Assembly (NCBI GenBank): GCA_977030845.1
Contig: OZ365111.1
Span: forward strand, 23,622,001 to 23,686,000
Source of the DNA: Fimbriosthenelais zetlandica
Lineage: Eukaryota
Length of the DNA stretch: 64,000 nt
Reading direction: 5' to 3'
The notes beneath the pieces were generated by a model. It was not told the DNA's origin. It saw only the letters and a program-made list of their open reading frames with translations, and searched no databases. This document shows, in pieces, positions 1 to 12,200 of this stretch; within the stretch, counting starts at the first letter, position 1, and each line of letters begins with the position of its first letter. The translations under genes and the position numbers were made by a program.

Positions 1-441
1 AAGGGAAATCCCTAGAGCCTCGTTTTCAATGTGGGGAATACCTCTGTCCACCAGCAGGTTGGTAGGTACGAGTTTGCGGTAATATTTGCCACTATTTCTT
101 ACTTTTAGATCAGTTTCATGCGAATTTCAGCTTGGAGATATGAAGCAAATGTACTTTTGCAAGTCTGTAGGCCTATACCTTCAAATGGCTGTATCAGGAA
201 TTGGTTTTATGGCTAGGGTAAAGCTAGACAAAATATTCGTCTCGGGTCCCATTCGCTACCAGAGTGGGGACAGCTATGCAGGCTAGGGTAAAGCCTGACA
301 CAGTGACAGTTCTGTAGGCTGTATGACAGTAGGCCTATGGTCTATGCCTCTGGAGCCTGGAGCCTACGGCTACAGAGTAAACTTACCTGCTGCTGCAAAT
401 GATACTTTCTGTTTGACATTCCAGAAGATCCCATGTAATTG

Positions 442-3400
442 ATGGATTCGTTGGCGAGTATAGTCGAGAATGTAGTCATTGGTCACATCGAATTAGGCCT
501 TCATTTGCTGTGGAAAACTGCCAGAGAGAACCAATCAGAAACTGTGGATCATGGAAAAGAAAAGCTTACGAATATTATTGACGGCGACTCTTGTCAGATC
601 CAAGATAGTAAGGGACAACTTCTGCAAACATCTCAGCCACATGATTTAGTTGTGCCAGATTCGACAGTTCTATGTACCAGTAATCAAGAAAAGAAACCCT
701 CAAGGGCAAAGAAAATGGATAAAAAGATTTTCGTCAAGAACGTTAATTATAGGGTAAGCAAGGGGTTATTTAATATTTAATACCGGTTCACATAATTAAT
801 GAGTCTGAAGAGAAATAAATTTTCTTCAATAAGGAAAATGGTTAAGCTTATTATTTGCAACATATATTTTCAGAGTAGCCAAGGTAACCTTTGGCACTTC
901 TTTGAAAAATTTGGTGCCGTGGCACATTGTCGTTTACTTTGGGATGACAGAAAGAGACGATCCAGAGGGTACGGTATAATATGATTTTTTAATATGGAAA
1001 TTTCGTTACCCGTATCAAAAGAACTTTGTTTATGTTCCCAGGTCATAAGGAAATACTTGGATAATCTCATTTGATAAGGAAATACTTTGTTGAGAATATC
1101 AGTTACCGTATGCAATATACATGTAATTGACTCTATTCGTGATCATCACCCTGGTATTGATTATGATGTGTACCGTACATTTGTATGAATAATCTAATTT
1201 CTTTTTTGTGATACAGAAAAGCAATAATAGCGTTTAAATCGGAAGAAGCTGTGGCTAAAGTTCTCTCTGCTTCCCAAGAAGATCTGTTCTTCGATTACAG
1301 GTAAATTACCTCATTAATAATTGTATATTTCAATCGTCAATCCGTGTGTGCCTCAAAAATAACCTTTTTCATTTACAGCAAAACGTGCAGTGCATTAGTG
1401 TCAGTAGCTCTGAATTTAGTAACACCTCTAAAATAATGCACTTAAATATAATTAAGTAGGGTTAATCATGTAGGCTGGTTAAGACCTTATTAATATATAT
1501 ATCAATTTTTATTCTTTTTCTGCCTTTAAAGGCACCTTTGGGTGGAAAAGGCCGAATGGAAGAAGAGAGGAGGAGACCAAGAGGAGAAAATAGAAAGTGT
1601 AAAACCAACTGACAGTCATAACCAAGTCCAAGTGCCTACATTTGACTACAGTCCAAACGTCCCAGTAGACAGTGTCACCATCCATCATTTGAATAGTGAT
1701 ATTTTACAGTCGATATTTTCTTATCTTTCATTAAAGGAGAGAATAGTCATTGAACGAGGTGGGTTTTCTCTTCTTTTTTTGTATAATTTGTTTTTTTGAG
1801 TTAATTTCTTACTTGATATGGCTACTTAGTTAAAATATTATTATGGTAACTACTTTATTGAAGTCCGTTTGGATTTGGGTCTAAAATTCAGATATCAGTT
1901 GAATAAATTCTTTTCCTCCTTCTTAATTAAGTTTGCAAGCACTGGAGTCGGGAAAGTGTGCAGTCTTGGCAATCTGTTCGCAAGATACAACTCAGGGCAT
2001 TTCTCCATAGCTTTGGTGGTCAGTATTTTATTTTGTATACATCTAAACTGCCCTGTTTACCAAAATGGGAAGGTTGTCCAATTTTCTGTCTAACCAAATC
2101 TTGTAGAATCCAGTAGTTAAAAATTTAAAAGAAAATTAATTTTAATACTTCGAATGGAAATCATACTTCGAATGTTCCCACTGAATCCTTTCTATATTTA
2201 TTTTACAGGTTTATCTGACAAATCTTTGAAACATATCCTCCATAGGGTCAACCCTCTCTGTCTAGAAGAACTCGATCTATCGGTTGGTGGAATTAGACTG
2301 ACCGACAAAGCCATGGAAGCAATAGGTGAATAGACTCCATGATAATACATGTATATATCCCAAATTAGTCATGGATAATTTGCACACAATTATGTTACAC
2401 CAATTTCTAAATTTTCAAGCATTCTTGATAAATCATCAAAATAAGTACATTTTCCTTGTAAATATTTATGTGGTCTATTCACAATCATGGTAACTAAGTA
2501 GGCCTAATTGTTTTTTTCCAGGTCAGTTCTGCCCTAACTTGCGGAAACTGAACTTGGACAATATGAACATTGGCAATCGTTGCTTACGGGCGATTGCAGA
2601 AAAATGTCCACACTTGCAAGACGTACATCTCGGTTCAACATCCTTCCTTGGAGAAGATGGGTAAGTCTCAGTAAGATAGGTTCGGACTTCTGAATCTTGT
2701 ATTTTGAAAATGAGGCAATTCACTCACTCATCCATCCATTCACTCATTCGCTCGATCACACACTCTCCATTCTTTATCATATTTCCATGACTTCTCTTTC
2801 AGAATCTGGTGGTTATTTCATAGATGCAAAGATCTACGGAAAGTTGTCCTTGCTGGCAACAAACGCCTTAAAGGACAGGTAATTCAAATGATAAATTAAA
2901 TTTAAGTTTTGAGAAGGGGTCGGGGTTTTAAGTGCAACGTTAAGAAGGAATTGATTAAAAATATATATGTTGAGTTAATTGTCACTAAAATGTGTGTCCT
3001 TTTTCAGTGTCTACACGTGGCTTGTAAAAGCATAGAGTTCCTTGATCTCGAGTCATGCTCAAAGGTAGTTTTCCTTTGTATTTCACTTTCATTATTGGTT
3101 TATGTATATACAAAAGGCATTTTTTTCTCCCTGAATGTAATTTTCTTTCTTTCTTTTACAGTTACAAGATATTGGACTGAAGAAAATTACAACTCGCTGT
3201 CCACAGATTTCAGAACTTTATATTAGTGACTGTATGAGTGTGACTGATGAGGGAATATTAGCTATAACACAGGTAAACTAAATTAAAATGTTTTTGATGT
3301 TCGGAATTTTGTAAAATGAACTATTTACCTCTAGATATAGACCTAATTATTATACCGGTATTATTTTTTCCAGGAATGCAAAACATTGAAGGTCCTACAC

Positions 3401-6163
3401 ATGAAAAAAATGAGAGATGGTAACTTTCTTTTGGCTCCTGTTTCTTTCTTAATGCAATATCAGTAATGCCAGTTATCTATGTATAACTTGTAGAAATTCT
3501 AAATATGCTTTTAGAATAATAGATACTAAGTGGTATATTTCCTTGTTTTTCAGTAACTAATGTAGGTTTCTCATCTATAAGTACTTTGCCTAACTTGCTG
3601 GAGTTGAATCTCACTGCTAATTCAGAATTGGAAGACGAGGCCCTCATTGCCATCGGTGCAAACTGCTCACAACTAAAGTAAATTAATTGTTGTTGTATAC
3701 TATCGGAATTTATCTATAAACATTGTGCTTTAATTACAGATTTGTCAAAGATTTAATTATGATCGATTTAATTTGAACTGAATCAAAGTTGCATTGACTT
3801 TGTCTTTACATAAACATACATGTAGTTTCTATGTCTATGGTCTTTAGAGATTGAAAAATACCGCATTAGATGTTTAGAGGCTACACAGATATGTAAATGT
3901 GGTATTGGAATTATACACAATGTTCCTTTCTAGGATACTGGACATTTCTATTTGCTATGCAATCACTAGTATGGGAGTGGCTGGTTTGCAACACATACAG
4001 TTGACTAGTTTGGATATATCCTATTTATCCTGGGTAAGTATTACCATACATGTCCATTTACTTTCACTTTCATCCATTCTTCCACCCTTCCGTCCTCCCA
4101 ACTTTCAATCCTTCCATGCATTTTTCTCCCAGTCTTTCCACCCTTTCATCCATTTTTCTCTGTCCATTGATCCTGCCCTCGCATATAATTTCTTGGTTTT
4201 TCTCTAGAATATAATTATATTACTTACCTTTTTCATTAGGTAACGAATGAAGGAGTCATTCCATTGTTTGAGCTCGGCTTCTTGGAAAAAGTCACCTGTC
4301 GAGCTTGTAGTGCATTGGAGGACGAAGGTGAAACTTTGTCTATATTTTGTAAAAATCTGTCAAAAGAAAATTTTAAAAGAGATCTAAATTAAAGTTTCTA
4401 ATTGTTTTATTCTCTGAAGCTAATATAGATCTACCCTTTTGTTGGATGGTATTTATTCAGAATTCTGAATATCTTGTTGATATGATATTGATAATAAGCT
4501 GGTGGTTTTAGCAATTAGGTGCCTAGCTTCCAACTGCACCAACCTGATATTGCTCGATATAAGCGGTTGTATGCAGTTTCATCAAGCCCTTTTGGAGTGT
4601 TTTGTGAGAACTGAAGCATGCAGAGACACAAATCTACACATAGTGGCTGGCAGTAAGTGTTATTTATTCTTACTTTACCCGAAAACTCCAAATTAGGCAC
4701 TGTCCTCCCATCCCAGTGACCACCCTTCCCAGTTCTCTCCATTGTCTGTGGTGCCCAAGAGTCATGGTTTAAAAAGAAGAAAATAAGGAAAGCGAAGGTC
4801 AACAATTTTGACCTTTGATTTCCTTATTTTCTTCTTTTGTTCATTTCAGAATTCACAAGCAGTATTTAACTTAAGTGTTAAAAATGAAATGAATATAAGT
4901 TTTTAGTTTTTTCATTGTGACTAAGCTCTATATAACATTCCCATTCTGTATTTCAGACACTGGATTATCGGATTTGAATTCTGATAAAATCACTGTGAGT
5001 TATGAAAACCGAGCTCTCAGAGAATTTAGGAGCTCTCTAGACTTCGACCTTTTTCTGGACATGGGTACATACTGTTTGTTTTTAATAATTAAATGTCTAC
5101 CACATTTTTGTAAAAAGTAAAAGCAAATTAACTGCATTGTACGATCTCATCGCACCAAGATTAAAACATTTCGATTTTTAAGTGATTGCACAATTGGTCG
5201 CTTCAAGCTTACAACCTAGTGCATGACCCCTAGGCCTATTACAATGATTAGGTATAACCTTAAACCATATACCGTTTATATATCTCTAAACAAAACTTTC
5301 CCTCAACAGGTATGAGTGAAGAAGACGAGGAAGAAGAACAAGAGGATGAACGAAGAGAACAGGATGAGGGTCAAGATGAGGAAAATGAGAGATCGTGGGA
5401 CAATAATCAGTATGATGATATGGCAAAAGATGGTGCTGCTGTTGCTGTTGAGCAATCGGCACAGGACCTGGCAGCTCAACTGGGAACCGGGGCTGGCTCC
5501 AATAATGGTAGGCCTACTGGTATTTAAAGGGGTAGATCCACTGAGGTCTCGGGGGGAAACAACACTATGAATTCCTTAGGCCGAGGCATAATATTTCAGA
5601 TTTTCAATATGTCTTAAACTTATTGGATTCCACATTGAAATACTAGGCGCACTGATAGCAGTTAAGAAACTTGACTCAGAATGGCTCCTTCGATCGAAGA
5701 ATAATTTCATTTCTTTATACCGTAGTGTACCGTACATGAATATAAATATATATATGTCCATTGAAAGAAGGTATAGCTTACTACTTATAAATACACATTA
5801 CTTAATTTTTTGTTTGAATGTTTGTTAAAATGTTTCAGACGACCTTGATCATCAAGAAGGTGCTTATGCTGCATTTGTTCCTGCGGGAGCAGAGGAAAAT
5901 GATGCATTTCAACACCAGGGTAAATACATTACTGCAGTGTATCTCGTGCGCTAATTTCTATTATAACAATCACATTTATACTTTTCAAGGAGACGAACTA
6001 GCCAAAAGAGAATGAGCTCGATTCGTCATGAGCTCAATTAAATGCATGAGAGAATGAAACGAACTAACCTTTATATATTTTTCTTGTTTTTTTTCTAGAT
6101 GATTTTGATTATTTCTTGGAAAATGATGACCCTCTGGAGTATGAGAGATGGGACATGAGTTGA
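442..6163 (+). CDS. RRM + F-box + leucine-rich-repeat protein with acidic C-terminal tail (EEED8.10-like architecture), 19 coding exons, ~751 aa
   Basis: Hand-spliced GT-AG exons with consistent phases: 442-753, 874-968, 1217-1300, 1532-1758, 1932-2018, 2209-2325, 2522-2660, 2803-2878, 3008-3064, 3162-3272, 3374-3419, 3554-3677, 3934-4033, 4240-4327, 4512-4652, 4957-5064, 5310-5507, 5839-5919, 6099-6163 (sum 2256 nt, no internal stop). RRM: KIFVKNV (RNP2)...FEKFGAVAHCRLL...RSRG(K/Y)AIIAF (RNP1). F-box: IHHLNSDILQSIFSYLSLKERIVIERVCKHW. LRRs such as CPNLRKLNL, CPQISELYISDC, LPNLLELNLTAN, CTNLILLDISGC. Tail is E/D-rich and ends LEYERWDMS*. In-frame TAA at 436 precedes the ATG at 442. Confidence 0.9.
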
Positions 6164-8827
6164 TGACAATATCAGTATCTGCTGCCCATCACTTCAAAGG
6201 TAAGGGACCTACATAGAAAAGAATTATTGTATTCGAAATCCCATGTTTGGGTGTGATCGGTGCTATCTTTTTAATGAGATTTTTTGTCGTTGGCCCTTTG
6301 ATATCATACTACAAAGCCAAAGTAGGAAACAAAGTTAGCACATCTATAGACATGTCTATGGTTAGCAATAACTCTTGTATGTGGTTGTATGTTTTTTTGT
6401 GTGAGGGGCTTTTGCCCCATTGTGGAAGGGCTGGACAAAGGAAATACATTGTAAGACAAAACAAAAAACCAACAAAACTTTTACCTAAACATATTTATTT
6501 ACGTCTCGGAATGCAAACTGTACAGCATCAGCGGGAGACTTCACATACTACATTCAGTGGTTCATATATTACCAATTATTAATGTTAATAATGTGAGAAA
6601 TCTTAACACAGAAAGATACTTTTGGAAATATAATTATCATCATCATCATCATCTCAGACAGTGCCCATGACACTGTAACGCAGTAGATCTCAAGAAAAGA
6701 CAATAATTATTATGCTATAATTTATTATATTTATGATGATTATGGAATTTAAACCCACAGACACATTACATTTCATCTACAGTTTCCTACTGCTAACAGG
6801 ACAGTTAATTTTGTAGGCCTACTATAATAAGCATCAAAGAACAATCCATTACTGATTTGAAACGGAGGTACTTCAACCAACAAAAAGCTTTGCATCACTT
6901 TTGAATTATATTGCATATTTTCCAATTAAAATTTGTTGTAGGCCTATAAATATTGGGACATAAGGCTTGGTTGATATTGCCCTTTTGATAGCAATGCTCA
7001 GTCCTATGTACAAGTCTTGAGTATAGCAACCTTCCTAGATTTGTGAAGTTTTAAAATATTTTGTAAAACAGAAATTATGCTGTGCATTTGGAAACTACCC
7101 AAAATGACATTTTGCCATTTTAATAGGACATTTTATTACCGATTAACTTAGAAACTCCCGCCTTGCAAATTTAATGAAATATTAACCACATTAGTTTCAA
7201 AATATGAACCTGTAGAATCTATGAATCCTCCCTCTAACAAGTAACTAATCTTCTTATTGAACCACATAAGTTTGAAGCAAATGACACAAACACTGAAAAA
7301 ATAGATAATATTGTTAGATATATATGTCACAGTAATAAATAATAGATCCCACTTTTGTATGGTAGGTAATTATGATTTGTCAGTGGTCACTCCCTGTTCA
7401 TTATTATGTCAAGGGACCAATAAGGTTCTAGCTACCTTTTTGATTTTGTCCAGAGCTATGGGTATAAGCACTGATAAATACAATACAATCATGACACTAT
7501 ATGTACAAATAAAAGGGGTACAGATGGGAGAGTTTTTTAATGCAAATATTAATACAAATAAAAGGGGTACACGTGGGAGTGATTTTTTTCTGCCACTGTT
7601 CCCACTGTCACCCCTGCCCTTGATTTCCCCCACTATATTTCAAGCCCATGTCAGAAGTCCCCAATGACTCGACCCCTCTGTACCCCAAATTAATACACTA
7701 TACAAGCTAGATAGTTACCTCTCATTGTCATCCCACAATCTACCTGTATATTTATATTATTCAAAGTCATCATCATTATTTTGTGGAGATTGCCATCTGT
7801 GTTGCATAAAATTGGGTAAGTGTCGCAGAGCCTTTTTATGCAATGATTTCTTTCATTGCCAACACTACTAGCCAAACAAAGCCTACTGTGGCATGTATAG
7901 ATCTATGTTTTTTGTGTGTACGTATTAAATAAGCGAGATCAGACACACTAGATGGCTATTCTGTCATTATGCAATGGTCGAGAAATCGCTTGTAAATATT
8001 ATACATTTCTTTGCATTGCTACGATCATAGAACATTTAGTAGCCCTGCTCGCAGAGCTGTATTTTTGGAACATTATGTTCTAAATATGTAAGACTTTGAA
8101 CAGACGCATTCATTTAAAATAGATATCAAAATAAGCTCTATCACTGGCTCTGTTCATTATTGAGTGCCTTTCAACCTTCAGTGTGTTCTTGACACTTCCT
8201 ATTGAGTGCTAATTCGATAGGGCACTCAACATCTGAAATTTTGTGCATGCAACAGACTCAAACACAAATGCAAGGCTCCACAAAAAATCTACCAGCAACA
8301 TCTCTGAGCATTTGCTGGAGTAGTTGTGAGGCAAAGGTCTATCTGGAATCTGTGCACTGTGAAATTTGAAAGCTTCAGAACTTTCCAGTCTTGCTTAATA
8401 TTCGTGACATTCAGAAATGTTACCATGTGTATCAATTAAAACCAATAGGCCTGCATGTACATACCGATCCCATCGTGTAGGTCTATTCAACTGTCCATCT
8501 GAAACTTTGCTTGGTGGTAATTTTTTTATGCATATATGCATTTCACTATACCAGACAACTTTTGATATACCTTAAAAAGATTAACTAAAAATCTGACACT
8601 CTTTAGGCCTAAAAGGAATATATCTCAAAAGGATATTACACCATATCCTATTTTTAGAGACTTTCCAAAACTGAATTTCTGAACCATAATTTCTCTTTCT
8701 GTATAGCCTACCTGTCAAGTCCCTGTCTTAAAACATAATAATATTATCCAACTTTGCATCCTTGCATAAATGCATCTGTGTATAATAGGCCTAATTATTT
8801 CCTCATAAATAAAATTATTACATTTGC

Positions 8828-9267
8828 TTATATCCCATTAGTTGTGACATCATCTTCTGACACACCGTCATTAGGTTTCAGCATCATTGACACTGACTGT
8901 AGGGACGAGTGTAGGTGAATGGTATTCCACTGGATGCCATTGCGCACAAAGTAATTGTTATGGGAACCCTTATGATAATAAATGCCGTTCAGGTTCGATT
9001 CGAAACAGCTCTTGAACCACCAAGCCCCGTGGTAATGCTCTGCACAGTTGTCATAGTAACGATCGTCGTTGTCCCGGTCGTAGGTACTGAAGGGCTGACC
9101 GTTGTGACTCTGCCAGTGTGACGTCAGAGAATCTCCGGCATTTCCATGGTAACCGTGGACGTGAAGCCGATAGCGTTCTGCTTCGCTCTCTATCCGGAAG
9201 TGTTCATACTCGGCCCAGAAGTGGTTGTTCTCCCAGTCTGTCATTTCGATGCGCAACTTGTAGTCGC
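8828..9267 (-). CDS. FReD gene terminal coding exon
   Basis: Acceptor ttttttag|GC then [11 protein letters not shown]...[15 protein letters not shown]...VTTNGI*; overlaps ORF-track 8828..9289. Confidence 0.95.
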
Positions 9268-12200
9268 CTAAAAAAAGAATTGAATTCATTAATGTATGCT
9301 AATTAGATTTAATCAAGTTTTGGGCTGTGCATAGTAACTGTTAATAGTTGAAATTCAAATGTCTTTAGAATTGCTTCTAGGCCATGTTGTCCCGTGCTAA
9401 AAAAAAAAAGGGTTCATTTGTCTCGCTACCTTCCCTGAAATCCCTGAACCCCTTCTTTTGAGAAAAGTTTTCAACTGACTTCCCATAATAACGATCTTAC
9501 TGATTTGCGAGCAGAACATATAAGTGATATAAGCCCTACAATTTTCCCACTTTTGACTAACCAAAGGGAACATTTTCACACCTGGCCGAATGTCACCATT
9601 CTCAGATGGGACCCCATTAAACAAACAAACAAACGCATGGAACGAAATAACTGCACAGGTCTATCATTAAAGCCTACTCACATAATAAAATATCATATAC
9701 GTTATAAACCGATATGTATAGGATAACCAAATTTGATGGGTTTACTGTTTACAATCATGATCATGCATATAACGTCATATAGCTTATATAATGGGTTGAC
9801 TCATCCATTTAGGCCTACTCCAGTTTTTGGTGACCCTTTCAAAAGGTGACAATTATTGCAGGAATCCTTAATCCCTTCACGCCCACTATGATATCACCCT
9901 GGACATCCATTGACACAATCTACAGATAAGCAGTGATACGAGAGAGTGTGACTTGCTCGAAGAGTTAAACGCTGATGACTAACACTCACAAAGTTGTGAA
10001 AACTCTGACTAACCGTGACTAAGACATGTTTTCAATTAGCTCCCCTGATTAAACCAGACATGTGACAATTTAATCAATCTATCTAGACTGCCCCTATTGG
10101 GGATGTCCATGTTCTGAGCCATCATTGAGGGAGGTGGAAGCAATTGAGGTTTCTGCGGTCTCCCATCAACTTTGTCATTCCCCTCTCTCTCCCACAAGCT
10201 CGCAGTAAACTCACTGACATAATAATATTTTAGTGCCTTTAACGTTTTGGTCACTGATGAATAATTATAGCAGTAAGCCATAATAATGTTCAGCTCTATC
10301 ACCTTTTATTCCGTTCCCCCACTCCCTCCCTCTCTCACTCATTCTCGCAGTCTCTCACTCTGTCTCTTACATTATCTATCTGACTCACTCCCTCGAGCAC
10401 CCCTTCCTCCCTCCCTCTCCCCCTCTCTCATTCCTAGGCCTATACTCACTCACTTCCTCACTCATTTACCCTCCATCTCTTTCCACATTTTCTCTCCCTC
10501 CCTCTCTCATTTCCTCTCCATCTCTCTTTCCATAATGTCTCTCCCTCTCTCTCACTCATTNNNNNNNNNNNNNNNNNNNNNNNNNNNNNNNNNNNNNNNN
10601 NNNNNNNNNNNNNNNNNNNNNNNNNNNNNNNNNNNNNNNNNNNNNNNNNNNNNNNNNNNNNNNNNNNNNNNNNNNNNNNNNNNNNNNNNNNNNNNNNNNN
10701 NAAGCATTCACTCCCTCTCTAACCTAACAAGAGTAGAGTACCAATGATTGATCAGCCCTGGATCTCCTGGGCTAGGTCCTTCATCATGCCAGTCACACCT
10801 TGCCCTTGTCTGAAGGTGCAAGTCTCCTTCTCCAGCAAGCATCACTTACAGAGCAAAACTTCCCCATCTGACATATGTCCTCCTCCCACACCACTCCTCA
10901 CCAAATGTCATTGTTGTCAGGTGTCTTAACTATGGGCCTTCCCAGAGGGTAGGGTTTTAAAAGAAAGGTAGGGATTTAAAAGTTCCTTTCTTTGTAATTA
11001 TAAACTTAAATGTTAAATGTTCAATGTTAAATGCATTATTCTATGCAAATTCTGCATAGAAATAGACGTATTATACCTCTATGTTATTTGGCTATGACAT
11101 AAATTTATTCCCTATAATATACAAACGGAAATACACAGACCCATAATGTTTAAAGACATCCTCTGTAGTGCAGAAAATAGGTTTATCTTTGAATGCAGAA
11201 TTCGGGAGACACTTTCAACTTTAGCTTTCATTGAGGGAATCCCATGTAGGCTGCAAATATTGTGTGCTTGACTTTGCCCAATCGATTTCGAGCCCAACCA
11301 ATTGTACCACTGGGACCAATAACACGGGGTTTGGGCAAGCGTAGACCCAGTCCCTCTTGGGCACTTCTCTTATGTTCAGGAAAGGACACTGCCCTTTGGG
11401 ATGACCCCATATTATTTCCAATGCACCCTGAACATATAAATTATTAAAGCTGAATTCATCTTTTATTCCTATCCAAAAGTATGACCTAGGTGCCAAGATC
11501 AATGCCATTTCAGCATTTCAAACTTCTTGCGAATTCCAACTGCTACAGGCTCATTTTTTACCCTTGTCTTTGCAGATCTACAAACAGGTCCCTATGCAAT
11601 TGTCAGTTATTGATCTGAAAGGTCGGAAGACGAAACAGAAGAGAAAGAAGCAAGCTTCAAGATCTTTGAAGAAGCAAGTACTTTTGACCTTCAGTGTAGT
11701 CACAGAGAATGAACCCCTGGGGAGTCTGAAGAAAGTGCCTACAGTCAGCAGAGCAAGGACAAGGTGACGAGACTCACGAGGGCCTCTGTCTGTCATATCA
11801 GCCTTCACATGAGTCTGGTCCAGCCAAAATGGCGGCCATCAATCTCGTCTTCTCTCGCTGTCACGTGCGCACTCCTCGGGGGATCTCGCCATAGTCAGGT
11901 GCACTTGTTGATGTGGCATTTCTCAAAATATGATTTTCAAATATGATTTCAGTTTTCAATGTCTCAATGTCAGCTGAGCTGTTGTCTTGATGTAGGCTAT
12001 GTGAGTCATTCGTCACTCAGTGTCTCAATTGCTTTTGGGCAATTGACGGGGCGGTTGGCATACATCAAGAAAATGCCTCAGTTCAGAGGTCATAAGCCTT
12101 GGCTTAAGACATGTTCTAGTTTCATTCGTGTTTATGGGACAAAGCGCTTAAGTTTAGAGACAAACGTTTATGTAGTCTGAAGAGACGCTCAAGATTTGCC

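Noticed and set aside
11576-11763. Plus-strand basic exon-like segment ([12 protein letters not shown]) suggesting a nested gene in the FReD intron
   Set aside because: Good acceptor but weak donors and no compatible partner exons or recognisable domain; the similar candidate at 36241-36336 is equally unsupported.
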